Shown: positions 8,169-17,644 of the stretch, piece by piece
How the letters are laid out: each line of letters starts with the position of its first letter
Numbering within the stretch: the first letter of the stretch is position 1
Source: a virus
Taxonomy: Duplodnaviria > Heunggongvirae > Uroviricota > Caudoviricetes
Virus record (IMG/VR): IMGVR_UViG_3300042402_007287
DNA: 39,004 bases
Direction: 5' to 3' (one strand)
Made by a program: the position numbers and the translations under genes
Notes under the pieces: model-generated
Told to the model about the DNA's origin: nothing
Seen by the model: the letters and a program-made list of their open reading frames with translations, nothing else
The model's database searches: none

Positions 8169-8993
8169 TTATTTATAAAGTTTATCATCTAAGTTTGAAC
8201 CCCGCAAATATACGGCTTGTTTATTTTGAATTGATTGAATTTCTTTTATTGTTTGTTCAAGTTTGGTGATTTTTTTTTCTTTCTCGATGTTGTCCTCTCG
8301 TAACTTGCTAATTGTGTTTTGAAGCGCCTCAATTTTGGATTTATCGATATTGTTCTCCTTTTCTATAACTATCTCTTTGACAACCTCAATCGGGACTTCT
8401 TTAACTATTTCTTTTGTTACCTCAACAATCTTTTCTTGTATAACTACCTTATCGACAGGAACCTCTTTAACCACCTCAACTATTTTGGGAGGTTGGTTTT
8501 CCAACTGTTGTATTTTTGATAAAAGTTCATTTATTTGGGTATCATCACTAACATATTCTGTTTTGGTGACAACTTTCTCTACAGGCACCTCTTTTATCAC
8601 TTCTTGGACTACTACCTTTTCGACAGGTACCTCTTTGGTAATCTCAACAATCTTTTCAACCACACGTTCAACAGGCACCTCTTTAACCACCTCTACAATT
8701 TTTTCAACTGTAACTTCTTTAACAATTTCAACAGGTTTTTCAACCTCAACATATTCAATTTTGACAACCTCTTTGATGACTTCAACAGGTATTTCCACCC
8801 GTTTTTCAACAATCACCTCTTTTACCACCTGTTTTTCTTGAGATACCCCTGAATTTAGCAAACCATACCTTTCAATATTAAATCCAGTTGTAAAGGAATC
8901 CTTGACAACTGAACTTATAAGTAAATCATTCAGGTTACAATAAGAAACCAATTCTTTATGTTCCTGATTGGATAATTTAATTTTTACTTCCAT
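8169..8993 (-). CDS. Val/Glu/Lys repeat protein (EKIVEV / KEVPVEK repeats) with a C-terminal coiled coil
   Basis: About 150 aa of VKEVPVEKIVE-type repeats flanked by a short N-terminal domain and a heptad-like tail. Confidence 0.75.
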   Translation of the reverse strand: MEVKIKLSNQEHKELVSYCNLNDLLISSVVKDSFTTGFNIERYGLLNSGVSQEKQVVKEVIVEKRVEIPVEVIKEVVKIEYVEVEKPVEIVKEVTVEKIVEVVKEVPVERVVEKIVEITKEVPVEKVVVQEVIKEVPVEKVVTKTEYVSDDTQINELLSKIQQLENQPPKIVEVVKEVPVDKVVIQEKIVEVTKEIVKEVPIEVVKEIVIEKENNIDKSKIEALQNTISKLREDNIEKEKKITKLEQTIKEIQSIQNKQAVYLRGSNLDDKLYK

Positions 8994-8994
8994 A

Positions 8995-9774
8995 TTAGTA
9001 ATTGACTAACTTCTCAGAGCCGTCAGCCAAACAATCAATAGAGTTTATATAAAAAGACAGGAATGGTTTTGGGTTTGGTAAATCAATGAAGTCATATTCG
9101 TCTTTTTCTAAGTCATATACTCCATAACCATGTTTCCTAACGGATTCACCAAAATTCTGTTGAATGGTTGACCCAATCATGTATGCTTTCTTACCACCAG
9201 GAATATCGAAGATTTGTCTCTTGTGAATATCACCACACAATACTAAATCACAACCTTTGAATTTACTCTTGTCAAACCCATCTTCAAACTTATAACCAAT
9301 GTCAGTATACAATCCTTGAATTGGTCCGTGAAATAATCCAATATTTTTATTTGTAGATTTGTTTATGTCAGGTGGTATGTTATGTTCCATTAAAGAGTAT
9401 ACACACCAATTTACATTTTCATCCTCATAAACCCCCCTATTCTTTAGGTAAACTATGTTTTCATTCTGAAGAGAATCAATAATCGGAGTCAAAGCATCTA
9501 ACCTTGAGGTGTTATTCTCCAAAAAATCATGGTTACCAATTATTACAATTGTCTTAGCAATTTTACTGCATTCAGTGAGAACCCAAGCAACAAACTCAAT
9601 CAACTCTGGTGTCATTTGATTTTTTGAATGAACTAAATCACCTGTAAAAACAATCCTATCGGGGGATATGGACTTCCATTCTTTAAGTGCAGATTCAAGG
9701 ATTGAACGATAAAGTTCATGGTCCTTGAATAACCTCACGTGTAGGTCTGAAAAATGTACGAGTCTTTTAATCAT
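8995..9774 (-). CDS. sbcD: SbcD/Mre11/gp47-like metallophosphoesterase nuclease (nuclease domain only)
   Basis: FSDLH, TGDLVH, IGNHD, FHG, GDIHKRQ, GSTIQQNFGE motifs; only 259 aa long. Confidence 0.88.
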   Translation of the reverse strand: MIKRLVHFSDLHVRLFKDHELYRSILESALKEWKSISPDRIVFTGDLVHSKNQMTPELIEFVAWVLTECSKIAKTIVIIGNHDFLENNTSRLDALTPIIDSLQNENIVYLKNRGVYEDENVNWCVYSLMEHNIPPDINKSTNKNIGLFHGPIQGLYTDIGYKFEDGFDKSKFKGCDLVLCGDIHKRQIFDIPGGKKAYMIGSTIQQNFGESVRKHGYGVYDLEKDEYDFIDLPNPKPFLSFYINSIDCLADGSEKLVNY

Positions 9775-9785
9775 TTACTCTATCT

Positions 9786-10028
9786 TTATTCGTTTTCTAC
9801 GAGTTTTGAGTTTTCCTCAAATGGATTGAATCCTTTATTTACGTGTCCACAGTCTTCGCATCTAAAGACAGGAACTGGAACATTTTGGTCCATTGGTGCC
9901 CCTTGTAATTTAGAGACCTTTTTCAAAATGAGAGTTTCTTTAAAATAAATTCCTCCACAATTTTCACATTTTATAGTTTCACAATCTCTTAGGTCAATTC
10001 TAGGTTGAGATAAATCTTTAATATCCAT
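9786..10028 (-). CDS. Small zinc-ribbon protein
   Basis: Two CxxC pairs: CENCGG and CEDCGH. Confidence 0.75.
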   Translation of the reverse strand: MDIKDLSQPRIDLRDCETIKCENCGGIYFKETLILKKVSKLQGAPMDQNVPVPVFRCEDCGHVNKGFNPFEENSKLVENE

Positions 10029-10058
10029 AACGGTTTTTTTTAAATATAGTAAATTTTA

Positions 10059-10901
10059 TCAGTTCTTCAAATAATTTTTCATGTCCATCTCAAGAACGGT
10101 ATTTATCACTTCTTTAGGTACTCTAAACTCCTCAAATTGAGTGTCTTCCCTAAGATGAGCAACAATACACCCATAAAGTTTGATGTTTTCATATTTCGTA
10201 CCTTGAAGCATTTTTATAAGTAGTTTACCATAAAGTGGGAGTTGAACGAAATAGTGTCCCAAAGCGTTGTTTGGTAATTTCTCAAACGGAGTGAACATTC
10301 TTTCAGTAAAATCTGTCTGCTGGAAATTTTTAGGTTTGTTTGTTTTCCAATCAGTAATTAGAAAACCAAACTCGTCTCCCGTTTTATTCATTGTCAACCA
10401 AACCTTATCGGGTTGTCCTGTATAACCCAATTCGGGGTCACCCAAAACAATCTCAGTATCCAACAACACAACATTACGTTGCTCCAACAATTCTAAGTAC
10501 CTTTTTCCTGCAACAATCATCTTGTCACTCTTCATAAGTTGTGTAAGGTCACACTCAAAGATAGGCTTTCTGACATCTTTGTAAGAACCATTTCTTTTTA
10601 CTAACTCATCTTCCAAAACAAAATGGACCCTACTACCCAAATTTGTGGAATAGGTACCCGCAGCTGCCCATTGTTCGATTAGTTCTTGTTGTTTTTCGGG
10701 GTCTCCACCAGCTTTGTTATAAGCAGCTTCTTCAGTAGGGAATGCCCTGTAAAATGTTTTAAGAACTTTGGAAACTGATGGCCAACTTGTTTTACCATTC
10801 ATGGTGTAAATGTGACGTTCCTCTTCGAAAACAAGTCCCAACTCTTTCTGTCTTTTGGAAATCAATTCTCTAATCTCCTGTGCTGCAATGGATAGATTCA
10901 T
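10059..10901 (-). CDS. PD-(D/E)XK RecB-family phage exonuclease
   Basis: SVSKVL, GSRVH, TEIVL, GQPD, ITDWKT, QLPLY motifs; TGATG overlap with the upstream gene. Confidence 0.85.
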   Translation of the reverse strand: MNLSIAAQEIRELISKRQKELGLVFEEERHIYTMNGKTSWPSVSKVLKTFYRAFPTEEAAYNKAGGDPEKQQELIEQWAAAGTYSTNLGSRVHFVLEDELVKRNGSYKDVRKPIFECDLTQLMKSDKMIVAGKRYLELLEQRNVVLLDTEIVLGDPELGYTGQPDKVWLTMNKTGDEFGFLITDWKTNKPKNFQQTDFTERMFTPFEKLPNNALGHYFVQLPLYGKLLIKMLQGTKYENIKLYGCIVAHLREDTQFEEFRVPKEVINTVLEMDMKNYLKN

Positions 10902-11056
10902 CACTTTTCAAATTTTGGTTTAAGATACATGAGTAAGTATTTAGCATACTCTGTCAAAAAATCATGACCATCGAAAGTAAACTTTTCCTTTTTGTTGTTG
11001 GAAGCTTTCAGATACTGAAGTTTGAATCTTGTGTAGGTGTCGATTGTAAAGGTCAT
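10901..11056 (-). CDS. Small hypothetical protein
   Basis: MTFTIDTYTRFKLQY...FTFDGHDFLTEYAKYLLMYL; its stop overlaps the downstream start. Confidence 0.6.
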   Translation of the reverse strand: MTFTIDTYTRFKLQYLKASNNKKEKFTFDGHDFLTEYAKYLLMYLKPKFEK

Positions 11057-11103
11057 GTCTGTAATTTTAGCTAAGATATGGAATCTCAATCAAACTACAA
11101 AAT

Positions 11104-12018
11104 TTATTTTATCTCAAAATAATATTCATCAATTTGACCTTTCAAATCACAAATATCTTTATCACGAGGTAACTTGACAATTTTTACCTTGTTATAGAGT
11201 CTACCTCCGTTTAGTTCATGATAGATTTTTAAACCATCCTCCCAAGCATCTCCATCACAACAAACTATAATGTTTCCGTTTGCCCTATTATACAGATTTT
11301 CGAATAGTAGTCTACTCATTTTTTTTCCCAACATAACAATTGGATTTTCCAAGAAGAATGAGTCAAAAACTCCCTCGACCAAGAAAATATCTTTGTTCCA
11401 ATCAATTAGACCCTCATTGAAAATGATTTCGTCTTTTTGTGCGGTCGGGTTTTTATATTTCATCTTCTTGTTTGTCCATGACCTAGCCACAAAATAATTT
11501 AATTGACCTTCCGCATTGTATGATGGAACAATTATCCTGTAAGCAAAATCCCCCTTCACCGTATAACCTATCTTATATTTCTCAATTATTTCATCGGTGA
11601 TACCTCTACTTTTTAAATAATTGTAAGCTTCGATGTGAGGTATGAATCTTGGATTTGAATCTTTGAACGTCATGTACCCTTCTGGAAGTCTGAACCAGAC
11701 ACGTTTCTTTTCCTCTTGTTTGAGTTCTTCAGGTTTTATGAGTTCATATACCTTTTTTTGTTTTTTAGTTCCGAATTTGTCAAATAATTTACCTAAGGGA
11801 CCATGTGTGCCCAAGGTTTCACCACAAGCCCAACATTTATAAACATGTCTTGAGTAATTTATTTCGAGGTTACCTTTACCATCACCGTTTTCGAGACCCT
11901 TTTCTGCCGCACAGACTGGACAATCGAATGATATCTGCGCCTTGGACTCATAATGATTATGGGGGTCGCCAAGCACATCAGTAAGTAATTCAACCAATAC
12001 TTCGACTTCGTCTTGCAT
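11104..12018 (-). CDS. dnaG: DNA primase (zinc-binding domain plus TOPRIM)
   Basis: CPVC...KCWAC zinc domain, YLKSRGI, VEGVFD, CCDGD, KDICD; TAATG overlap fixes the start at 12018. Confidence 0.9.
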   Translation of the reverse strand: MQDEVEVLVELLTDVLGDPHNHYESKAQISFDCPVCAAEKGLENGDGKGNLEINYSRHVYKCWACGETLGTHGPLGKLFDKFGTKKQKKVYELIKPEELKQEEKKRVWFRLPEGYMTFKDSNPRFIPHIEAYNYLKSRGITDEIIEKYKIGYTVKGDFAYRIIVPSYNAEGQLNYFVARSWTNKKMKYKNPTAQKDEIIFNEGLIDWNKDIFLVEGVFDSFFLENPIVMLGKKMSRLLFENLYNRANGNIIVCCDGDAWEDGLKIYHELNGGRLYNKVKIVKLPRDKDICDLKGQIDEYYFEIK

Positions 12019-12200
12019 TATCCTCTGAAATTTTTCCAACTGTCATCTGGGTCGGGGGCAACAATATGTTTCCTCCACCATTTCTTGATTGGGTTTGTTT
12101 CATTGAGATGATTTTCAATTATAACTCCAAAAAAGAATCCAATAGCGAAGATACAAAATAAGATAAACCAAACGGTGACCAAAAATTTTACAAGTTCCAT
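12018..12200 (-). CDS. Small single-TM protein
   Basis: Hydrophobic N-terminal segment; coupled to both neighbours. Confidence 0.55.
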   Translation of the reverse strand: MELVKFLVTVWFILFCIFAIGFFFGVIIENHLNETNPIKKWWRKHIVAPDPDDSWKNFRG

Positions 12201-12201
12201 A

Positions 12202-12564
12202 TCAATTCCATTTTATTTTTTTTATATCATGGTAAGTCCAAAGGTCAGCAGAGAAAAGTCTGCACCTTCTACGAACGTCTTCGAATAAACTTTTACGAAG
12301 TAACCTATTCAATTTGACCTTAGATATATTCTTATAGATACCGATAATTTCATTTCCATACCACTGAGCCGGAGTTCTTCCAATCTTACAGAAAATTTCT
12401 CCTTTGAAAACTACATCAACTTCTTCTTTGTAAGAATACTTCCTATAACTTGTAATTGTGAAATGTCCTCGAATCTTTTGAGTATCTACTTTTATACCTG
12501 TAGAAAACTTTTTAATGAAATATCTTTTTTCGAGCGCTTGTTCGCTTCTTTGCATTTGTAACAT
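12202..12564 (-). CDS. Hypothetical basic protein
   Basis: 120-aa ORF with an upstream TATCTTTG box. Confidence 0.6.
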   Translation of the reverse strand: MLQMQRSEQALEKRYFIKKFSTGIKVDTQKIRGHFTITSYRKYSYKEEVDVVFKGEIFCKIGRTPAQWYGNEIIGIYKNISKVKLNRLLRKSLFEDVRRRCRLFSADLWTYHDIKKIKWN

Positions 12565-12568
12565 AACA

Positions 12569-12576
12569 CAAAGATA
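12569..12576 (-). promoter_or_regulatory. Bacteroidota -7 promoter box TATCTTTG
   Basis: Matches TAnnTTTG; 4 nt upstream of the ATG at 12564. Confidence 0.7.
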
Positions 12577-12591
12577 GTAAATTTAAAAAAA

Positions 12592-13212
12592 TCACCAAAT
12601 TTCTTTTGACTTCATATAGCCCAACGCCGCACAGTAAGCATCGGTTTGGTCAAAATTTTCTTTACTCAGGGTATTATTTCTAGTGTACTGCCACGTAATT
12701 TGAGGTTCTCTTTTTGCAACAAGTTCCCAAATAATCATCTTTTTATCACAATCTTTTGGGTGTGCCCCAAAAAGAACAAATTTTCCTTTGTCGTTTTTTT
12801 GAACTAAATGAGGGAAGGCGAACTTCCTTGAATTATATGTTGAGATGAACTCAGGTACTATGTTTAATATATCATAAATCTCCCTACAAATGAGTGTGTT
12901 ATATCTCATCAGAGTTCCAACTGTATATATGTTGTTGGAGTTCAATAATGGTTCTTCAATTATAACTTTCTCGATTCCCAAACCTACGTATTGTTCAAGT
13001 TTTTTTCTGAACACCTGACTTTTCAAAAGTAATTCTTCAATTTTACTTTCAGTTTTTTTTATTGGTCGAGGTGAAACGTGAGTCAATTCCAACAAATTTT
13101 TGGTTCCAATATCAAATAAAGCAAATCCTATTGTTTTAGTAGAAACGTCCAATCCCAAAACTTTGGGTGAATCTATTTTAACATCTTTTTTGTTTTTTTT
13201 ACCACTTCTCAT
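12592..13212 (-). CDS. ruvC: RuvC-like Holliday junction resolvase
   Basis: VLGLDVSTKTIGFA, VIIEEP and DQTDAY catalytic acidic motifs. Confidence 0.82.
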   Translation of the reverse strand: MRSGKKNKKDVKIDSPKVLGLDVSTKTIGFALFDIGTKNLLELTHVSPRPIKKTESKIEELLLKSQVFRKKLEQYVGLGIEKVIIEEPLLNSNNIYTVGTLMRYNTLICREIYDILNIVPEFISTYNSRKFAFPHLVQKNDKGKFVLFGAHPKDCDKKMIIWELVAKREPQITWQYTRNNTLSKENFDQTDAYCAALGYMKSKEIW

Positions 13213-13267
13213 GTATTAAATGAATAATAGATAAAAATATAACCTACTTGTGCAAGTAATGAATAGA

Positions 13268-15514
13268 TTAGAAATCTAATTTGACCAAAAATTGCTGAAT
13301 ACCCTGTCTAATTTGGGGGGATTGTAATTTTGATAGAACTAACAAATCATAATTTTCGTCAAATAGACCTATTTCAGTAATGTATGAAGTGGTCCCCGAT
13401 TGCCAAGTCGGATTTGTTGTATTTGTGAATTGATTTCTTCCGAGTGTAACTTTGTATCTCATTTCGTATATTGTTGCCGAAATGTCCGTTTCAAAATTAC
13501 CATAGAAATAGTATTCCTGACCGAAATTCAATGTTTGACCTGTAGCACCCCAAAGAGGAATATTTATGTAGTTAGCTAAATTATACAAATTGGAGGCTGC
13601 GGCGTTGTACATGTCGCCATCAATTTGGAAGGTAGTTCCTGTCATTCCACTCATTGTCAAATATCCATTTATGGTATTTGCACTCATAGAATTAGTGACG
13701 TCAATTCTTCTCCAAGAGGTTGAAGAGGGTTTAGTATCACCCGTTACTTTCTGTACGAGAAGAATCAAATTGTTGGCAACAAATCCTGTGAAACCACTCA
13801 AAGGTATTGGTCCAAAATTTTGACTCATAAAAGGAAACTCAGGTCCAAATTTTGTAATGACGTTGAAAGGATTCGTTACAGAGGTACCTGTAGGAGCCAA
13901 TACTTGTGAATAATAATTACAATGTAGAGAATTGGTAAATCCTGTATTCGTGAACAAATACGTCAACCAAAGTCTCTCACTTGGATTTGTGAACAATGGC
14001 GTACCTGTTTGATTAGAATCACAAAGGTTTGGTGGAACAGTTGAAAGACGGGGTGCAGGTAGTGTCCAATTTCTGTTAGCTTTATAAGACATAGCCGCAA
14101 CAATCTCTTCGTCATCAAAAATAATTGTCTGAGAATCAGGAAAAACTTTACCAACCCTGTTTAAATTACCATTCGTATCTGGGTTCAAATCCCACAATTG
14201 GAAGTACCTTAAACCCGGGTCGTTCATATCAGGATTCTTAGATGATTTCATGTAATGTGGGACACATAGATTATAACCTGGTGGGTCAATCATAAAAGTT
14301 TGACCAATAGTATTTCCCGTGGATTTGTGCCACATTAAAGTGGGAAGTTTTACTTTCAGGTGTCTAGCCAAACCAGTCTGGTTAGTTGGGTTTTGAGGGT
14401 CAAAAGGTAAAGTTGCAAACTTTTCACCATAAGGAAAATCAATATCCTGATTAGTGAAATGTACTATTGCAATCGCTTTTTGATTTTTTGGTAAAACATT
14501 TATTTTTTCATCATATGAATTGTAGTAGTAGGTGTCAGTAGTTTCGGCACTGAATCTATTAGAAACAAAAAAGGTTTGACCTGAAGACTCTTGGTAACCA
14601 AAGTATTCTTTACTACCTAAATAAGTTACCGCAGAGTAAGTCGAATAATCTTGATAAGTACTTGGAAATAATCCTGCAGGATTTTCCGACCAAGGAATAT
14701 TCATATTCCAGACCGGAGTTTCCTTATTTAGAATACTACATGGTTCGTCAAATGTCAAAGTAGTTGGGTCCCAATATATTTGAGGAACCTCCGAATCATA
14801 TAGAACTGTCATCCCTGAAGGATAAATTTGGGCTCGAGCATAATTTCCTGAAGTAGTCGTTCCGGTATAATTTGGTACTGGTCTGTCAAGATAAACGTGC
14901 CAAGGTGTTTGCGCGGTTGTTCCCGTCGATGGAACTAAACCTACGATTTGGTATGTAAGAATAGGTACTGTATTTATTGAGTTACAATCTCCAACACCAT
15001 CAAAATAAATTGTTATGAAATCACCAATGCTTGGAGTTCCTGAAGTTGCAGAACAATAATCAAAATCCAAATAAATGTCTGTTTGACCAGACAAAGTAGT
15101 CATATCTATGAAATAATTCGACGTTACTGTGTAGGCCGAACTTGTTTGTACGATTGTAGTCGCTGTGGATGCAGAAAAGAATCCTTTAGGACCCTGAGTG
15201 TTGTAAACAATATCATATCCACTATCCATGAATGGAATACCATATTTAATACCAGAACCACTTTGTACATAATATGGGTATTTTATTTCCTCTTTGTTGG
15301 ATTGAGGATATCCTGTATCATTTTGTGCGTTGAAAGATGGCATTAAAATATTGTTCCTTACCTGATTGTATGGAGTTGCAGCTGAATAGCTAACTTCGCT
15401 ATCACCAATTTGAAAGTAAGAAATTTGAAAATTTCCCTGAGATATTTTTCTCCTCCCTACATCCGTAAGTCTGGTACTAATTAAACCTGAAGTATTTTTT
15501 ATAATATATGACAT
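13268..15514 (-). CDS. Putative baseplate / tail-collar structural protein
   Basis: N-terminal LTDVGRRKISQG..ISYFQIGD and C-terminal ITEIGLFDENYDLLVLSKL resemble the two ends of phage tail-collar/baseplate domains (DUF3751-like); Thr/Gly/Asn-rich interior. Confidence 0.6.
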   Translation of the reverse strand: MSYIIKNTSGLISTRLTDVGRRKISQGNFQISYFQIGDSEVSYSAATPYNQVRNNILMPSFNAQNDTGYPQSNKEEIKYPYYVQSGSGIKYGIPFMDSGYDIVYNTQGPKGFFSASTATTIVQTSSAYTVTSNYFIDMTTLSGQTDIYLDFDYCSATSGTPSIGDFITIYFDGVGDCNSINTVPILTYQIVGLVPSTGTTAQTPWHVYLDRPVPNYTGTTTSGNYARAQIYPSGMTVLYDSEVPQIYWDPTTLTFDEPCSILNKETPVWNMNIPWSENPAGLFPSTYQDYSTYSAVTYLGSKEYFGYQESSGQTFFVSNRFSAETTDTYYYNSYDEKINVLPKNQKAIAIVHFTNQDIDFPYGEKFATLPFDPQNPTNQTGLARHLKVKLPTLMWHKSTGNTIGQTFMIDPPGYNLCVPHYMKSSKNPDMNDPGLRYFQLWDLNPDTNGNLNRVGKVFPDSQTIIFDDEEIVAAMSYKANRNWTLPAPRLSTVPPNLCDSNQTGTPLFTNPSERLWLTYLFTNTGFTNSLHCNYYSQVLAPTGTSVTNPFNVITKFGPEFPFMSQNFGPIPLSGFTGFVANNLILLVQKVTGDTKPSSTSWRRIDVTNSMSANTINGYLTMSGMTGTTFQIDGDMYNAAASNLYNLANYINIPLWGATGQTLNFGQEYYFYGNFETDISATIYEMRYKVTLGRNQFTNTTNPTWQSGTTSYITEIGLFDENYDLLVLSKLQSPQIRQGIQQFLVKLDF

Positions 15515-15538
15515 CTAAAATAAATATTGAATTTTTGA

Positions 15539-17644
15539 TTATGAACAACTTCCTATGTTTTGTATTATACCTGAGCCGTTGGTTATGTTCAAAGTACCTT
15601 CCCTTGCACAAACAGTTGTAGCCCCAAAGAATGTTTGAGTTGTGTAATTTCCATTACAATCTTCCCACTCGATACTCAATCCATATGGTGTTGAAGGCGT
15701 ACAAGTATAAGCTAAACAGGCCAAACTAGTCAAAACGCCAACAACTCTGTGAGTGAGTGTTATAGGTTCCTGAATATATTCAACATTCGCACAAACTCCA
15801 CCCTTTAACGTAACATTCTGCAATGAAATACCAATATCTTGTACCCCTGTAGACACACAATTGTCCTGAGTAGTAGGATTGAACACATCAATGAATGATA
15901 AAGAATTACCACTGAACGTATCGTTTGCAGATATAGTAACATTTTTACTTTGAGAAATGGAAGTTTGTTCCATAGTCAAAGTCGAAGGAGAACACACATT
16001 AGGTAATGTTTGAACTGAAGTTGAATTCACAGCCAAAACAATCGGCACTTGGTTCTTTTCTATGTTGTTAGAACTTGTAATTGTCATAGTCGTGTTAGGA
16101 CTAGCATTAAAAGGTCCTTGTTTTTGTTGTACCGAATTGACCAAATAAGTAAATTCGATAGAAGGTCCCGCAGGTAGAGGTGGCACCACTTCTACATGCC
16201 AGTCTATCCTTCTAGTGTTTTGATTCAGATTTGTCACTCCGTCGACAACAAGTGATAATGTATAAGTTGTAAAGGTAGAATTATATGTTATTGTCACAGA
16301 TTGGGTAAGTATAGTTCCCAAAGAGTCTTTGACTATTAGTCCATATGTAGTTGGACAAAGATTCAAGAATATATTACTTGATTGGTAGTTTTGCGAATCG
16401 ATTGAATATGAATATGGGGGAACACCTCCTTGAGTGTTTACAAAAATTGAGCCAGTACAAGTACCTGTATTACAACTTGAAGGTACTACTTGTAAAGTGT
16501 ATGTAAGAGGAGTCACTGTTGGACAATTACCAACTGTTGAGATAATTGTTCCATAAGTTGTTGGTGTACCTAAAATCACCCAACCACTCGAAGGTATCAA
16601 GCTTGGATTTGTGTTTACTGGTATACCTCCGTAACTCCAATTAGTTATTTCCCATCTATTGTTCGTAATTGACCAAGTGATAGTCAGGTTCTGAGAACTA
16701 TTATACCATGTTGGTTTACCATTAGCATTACCCGATGGAACGAAAGTAAGCTGAAGACCCGCTTGTTGACCTGATGAACCGTAGCTTCCAAGAGGTGTGA
16801 ATAACAGACACAAACTTGTTAAACTCAAACTTGGCGTTGGTGTCATTGTAAGAGTAGGTGTCGGAGTAGCAGTTGAAGTGGGCCCAATCAACGAACATGT
16901 TGTTGTTGCTGAAAAGTCTCCATAGTAATCTATTACAAGAACCGTATAGTTTCCCACAGGTGCATTTGAAATAGTCTGACTTCTTTCACCGGTATTCCAA
17001 TAAAAATTATAAGGAGGGGTACCACCAGTGACATTTACATATAAAATACCATCAAAAGAAGTTGAAGTAGTTGGATTTTGAACTGTTATACACTCAATTT
17101 CCATAGGAAAAATAGTAATAGGTTCACACTCGTTATAGTAAACAACTGCAGGAGTTTGACTTGGTGTTGGTGTGAGTGTTGGTGTTGCACTTTGTGTTAT
17201 TGATGGCGTTAGAGTTGGGGTTGAATTAGGTGTTGGAGTGGGAGTTTGGGAGGTTGTAGGAGTTTGGGTAGGAGTTGCACAAATTTCTGAAGTAGGAACA
17301 TTCAGAATTTTAATTCCGTTGTATGGTAGACCGTAGTTTAATGAAACTATCTGTCCTGGAGTATTACCTCTTACGAAATTTCCACAGCAGTCTGTATAAT
17401 AATAACCTACATCGGTTATACCTTGACCACAGACCACAGGTGTAGGTGTGGGTGTTGTATCCACACAATCTGTGATTTCTAAAATTATTGTTCCTCTTGA
17501 AGTAGCTAAAGTTCCATCAATAATACAATCTGTATAAACTGCAGTACCACCTACTATAGGTCCACTTGCATCTGTACCACCACAATGGGTGGCGTACCAA
17601 TTACCATCATTTTCACTATAAATAAGATACTTAGAACACGACAT
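15539..17644 (-). CDS. Putative virion surface protein with Pro/Thr linkers, Cys-rich modules and two SprB-like repeats
   Basis: GILYVNVTGGTPPYNFYWNTG...GNYTVLVID and GSIFVNTQGGVPPYSYSID...YGLIVKDSLG; TPTPT linkers. Confidence 0.7.
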   Translation of the reverse strand: MSCSKYLIYSENDGNWYATHCGGTDASGPIVGGTAVYTDCIIDGTLATSRGTIILEITDCVDTTPTPTPVVCGQGITDVGYYYTDCCGNFVRGNTPGQIVSLNYGLPYNGIKILNVPTSEICATPTQTPTTSQTPTPTPNSTPTLTPSITQSATPTLTPTPSQTPAVVYYNECEPITIFPMEIECITVQNPTTSTSFDGILYVNVTGGTPPYNFYWNTGERSQTISNAPVGNYTVLVIDYYGDFSATTTCSLIGPTSTATPTPTLTMTPTPSLSLTSLCLLFTPLGSYGSSGQQAGLQLTFVPSGNANGKPTWYNSSQNLTITWSITNNRWEITNWSYGGIPVNTNPSLIPSSGWVILGTPTTYGTIISTVGNCPTVTPLTYTLQVVPSSCNTGTCTGSIFVNTQGGVPPYSYSIDSQNYQSSNIFLNLCPTTYGLIVKDSLGTILTQSVTITYNSTFTTYTLSLVVDGVTNLNQNTRRIDWHVEVVPPLPAGPSIEFTYLVNSVQQKQGPFNASPNTTMTITSSNNIEKNQVPIVLAVNSTSVQTLPNVCSPSTLTMEQTSISQSKNVTISANDTFSGNSLSFIDVFNPTTQDNCVSTGVQDIGISLQNVTLKGGVCANVEYIQEPITLTHRVVGVLTSLACLAYTCTPSTPYGLSIEWEDCNGNYTTQTFFGATTVCAREGTLNITNGSGIIQNIGSCS

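Noticed and set aside
8163-8180. T4-type late promoter TATAAATA (also at 23499-23506)
   Set aside because: It coincides with the Tyr-Lys-stop codons of the upstream gene, and at 23499 with the reverse complement of the TATTTATA motif; expected by chance in AT-rich DNA.
8319-8852. Thr/Ser-rich and Phe/Asn-rich plus-strand ORFs
   Set aside because: Antisense shadows of the EKIVEV repeat gene.
10059-10901. Cas4 / CRISPR association
   Set aside because: No four-Cys Fe-S motif, no array and no other cas genes; the replication-gene context fits a phage RecB-like exonuclease.
13245-13258. Short palindrome TACTTG-TG-CAAGTA between the structural gene and ruvC
   Set aside because: Only 6 bp, single occurrence and no U-tract; not enough to call an operator or terminator.
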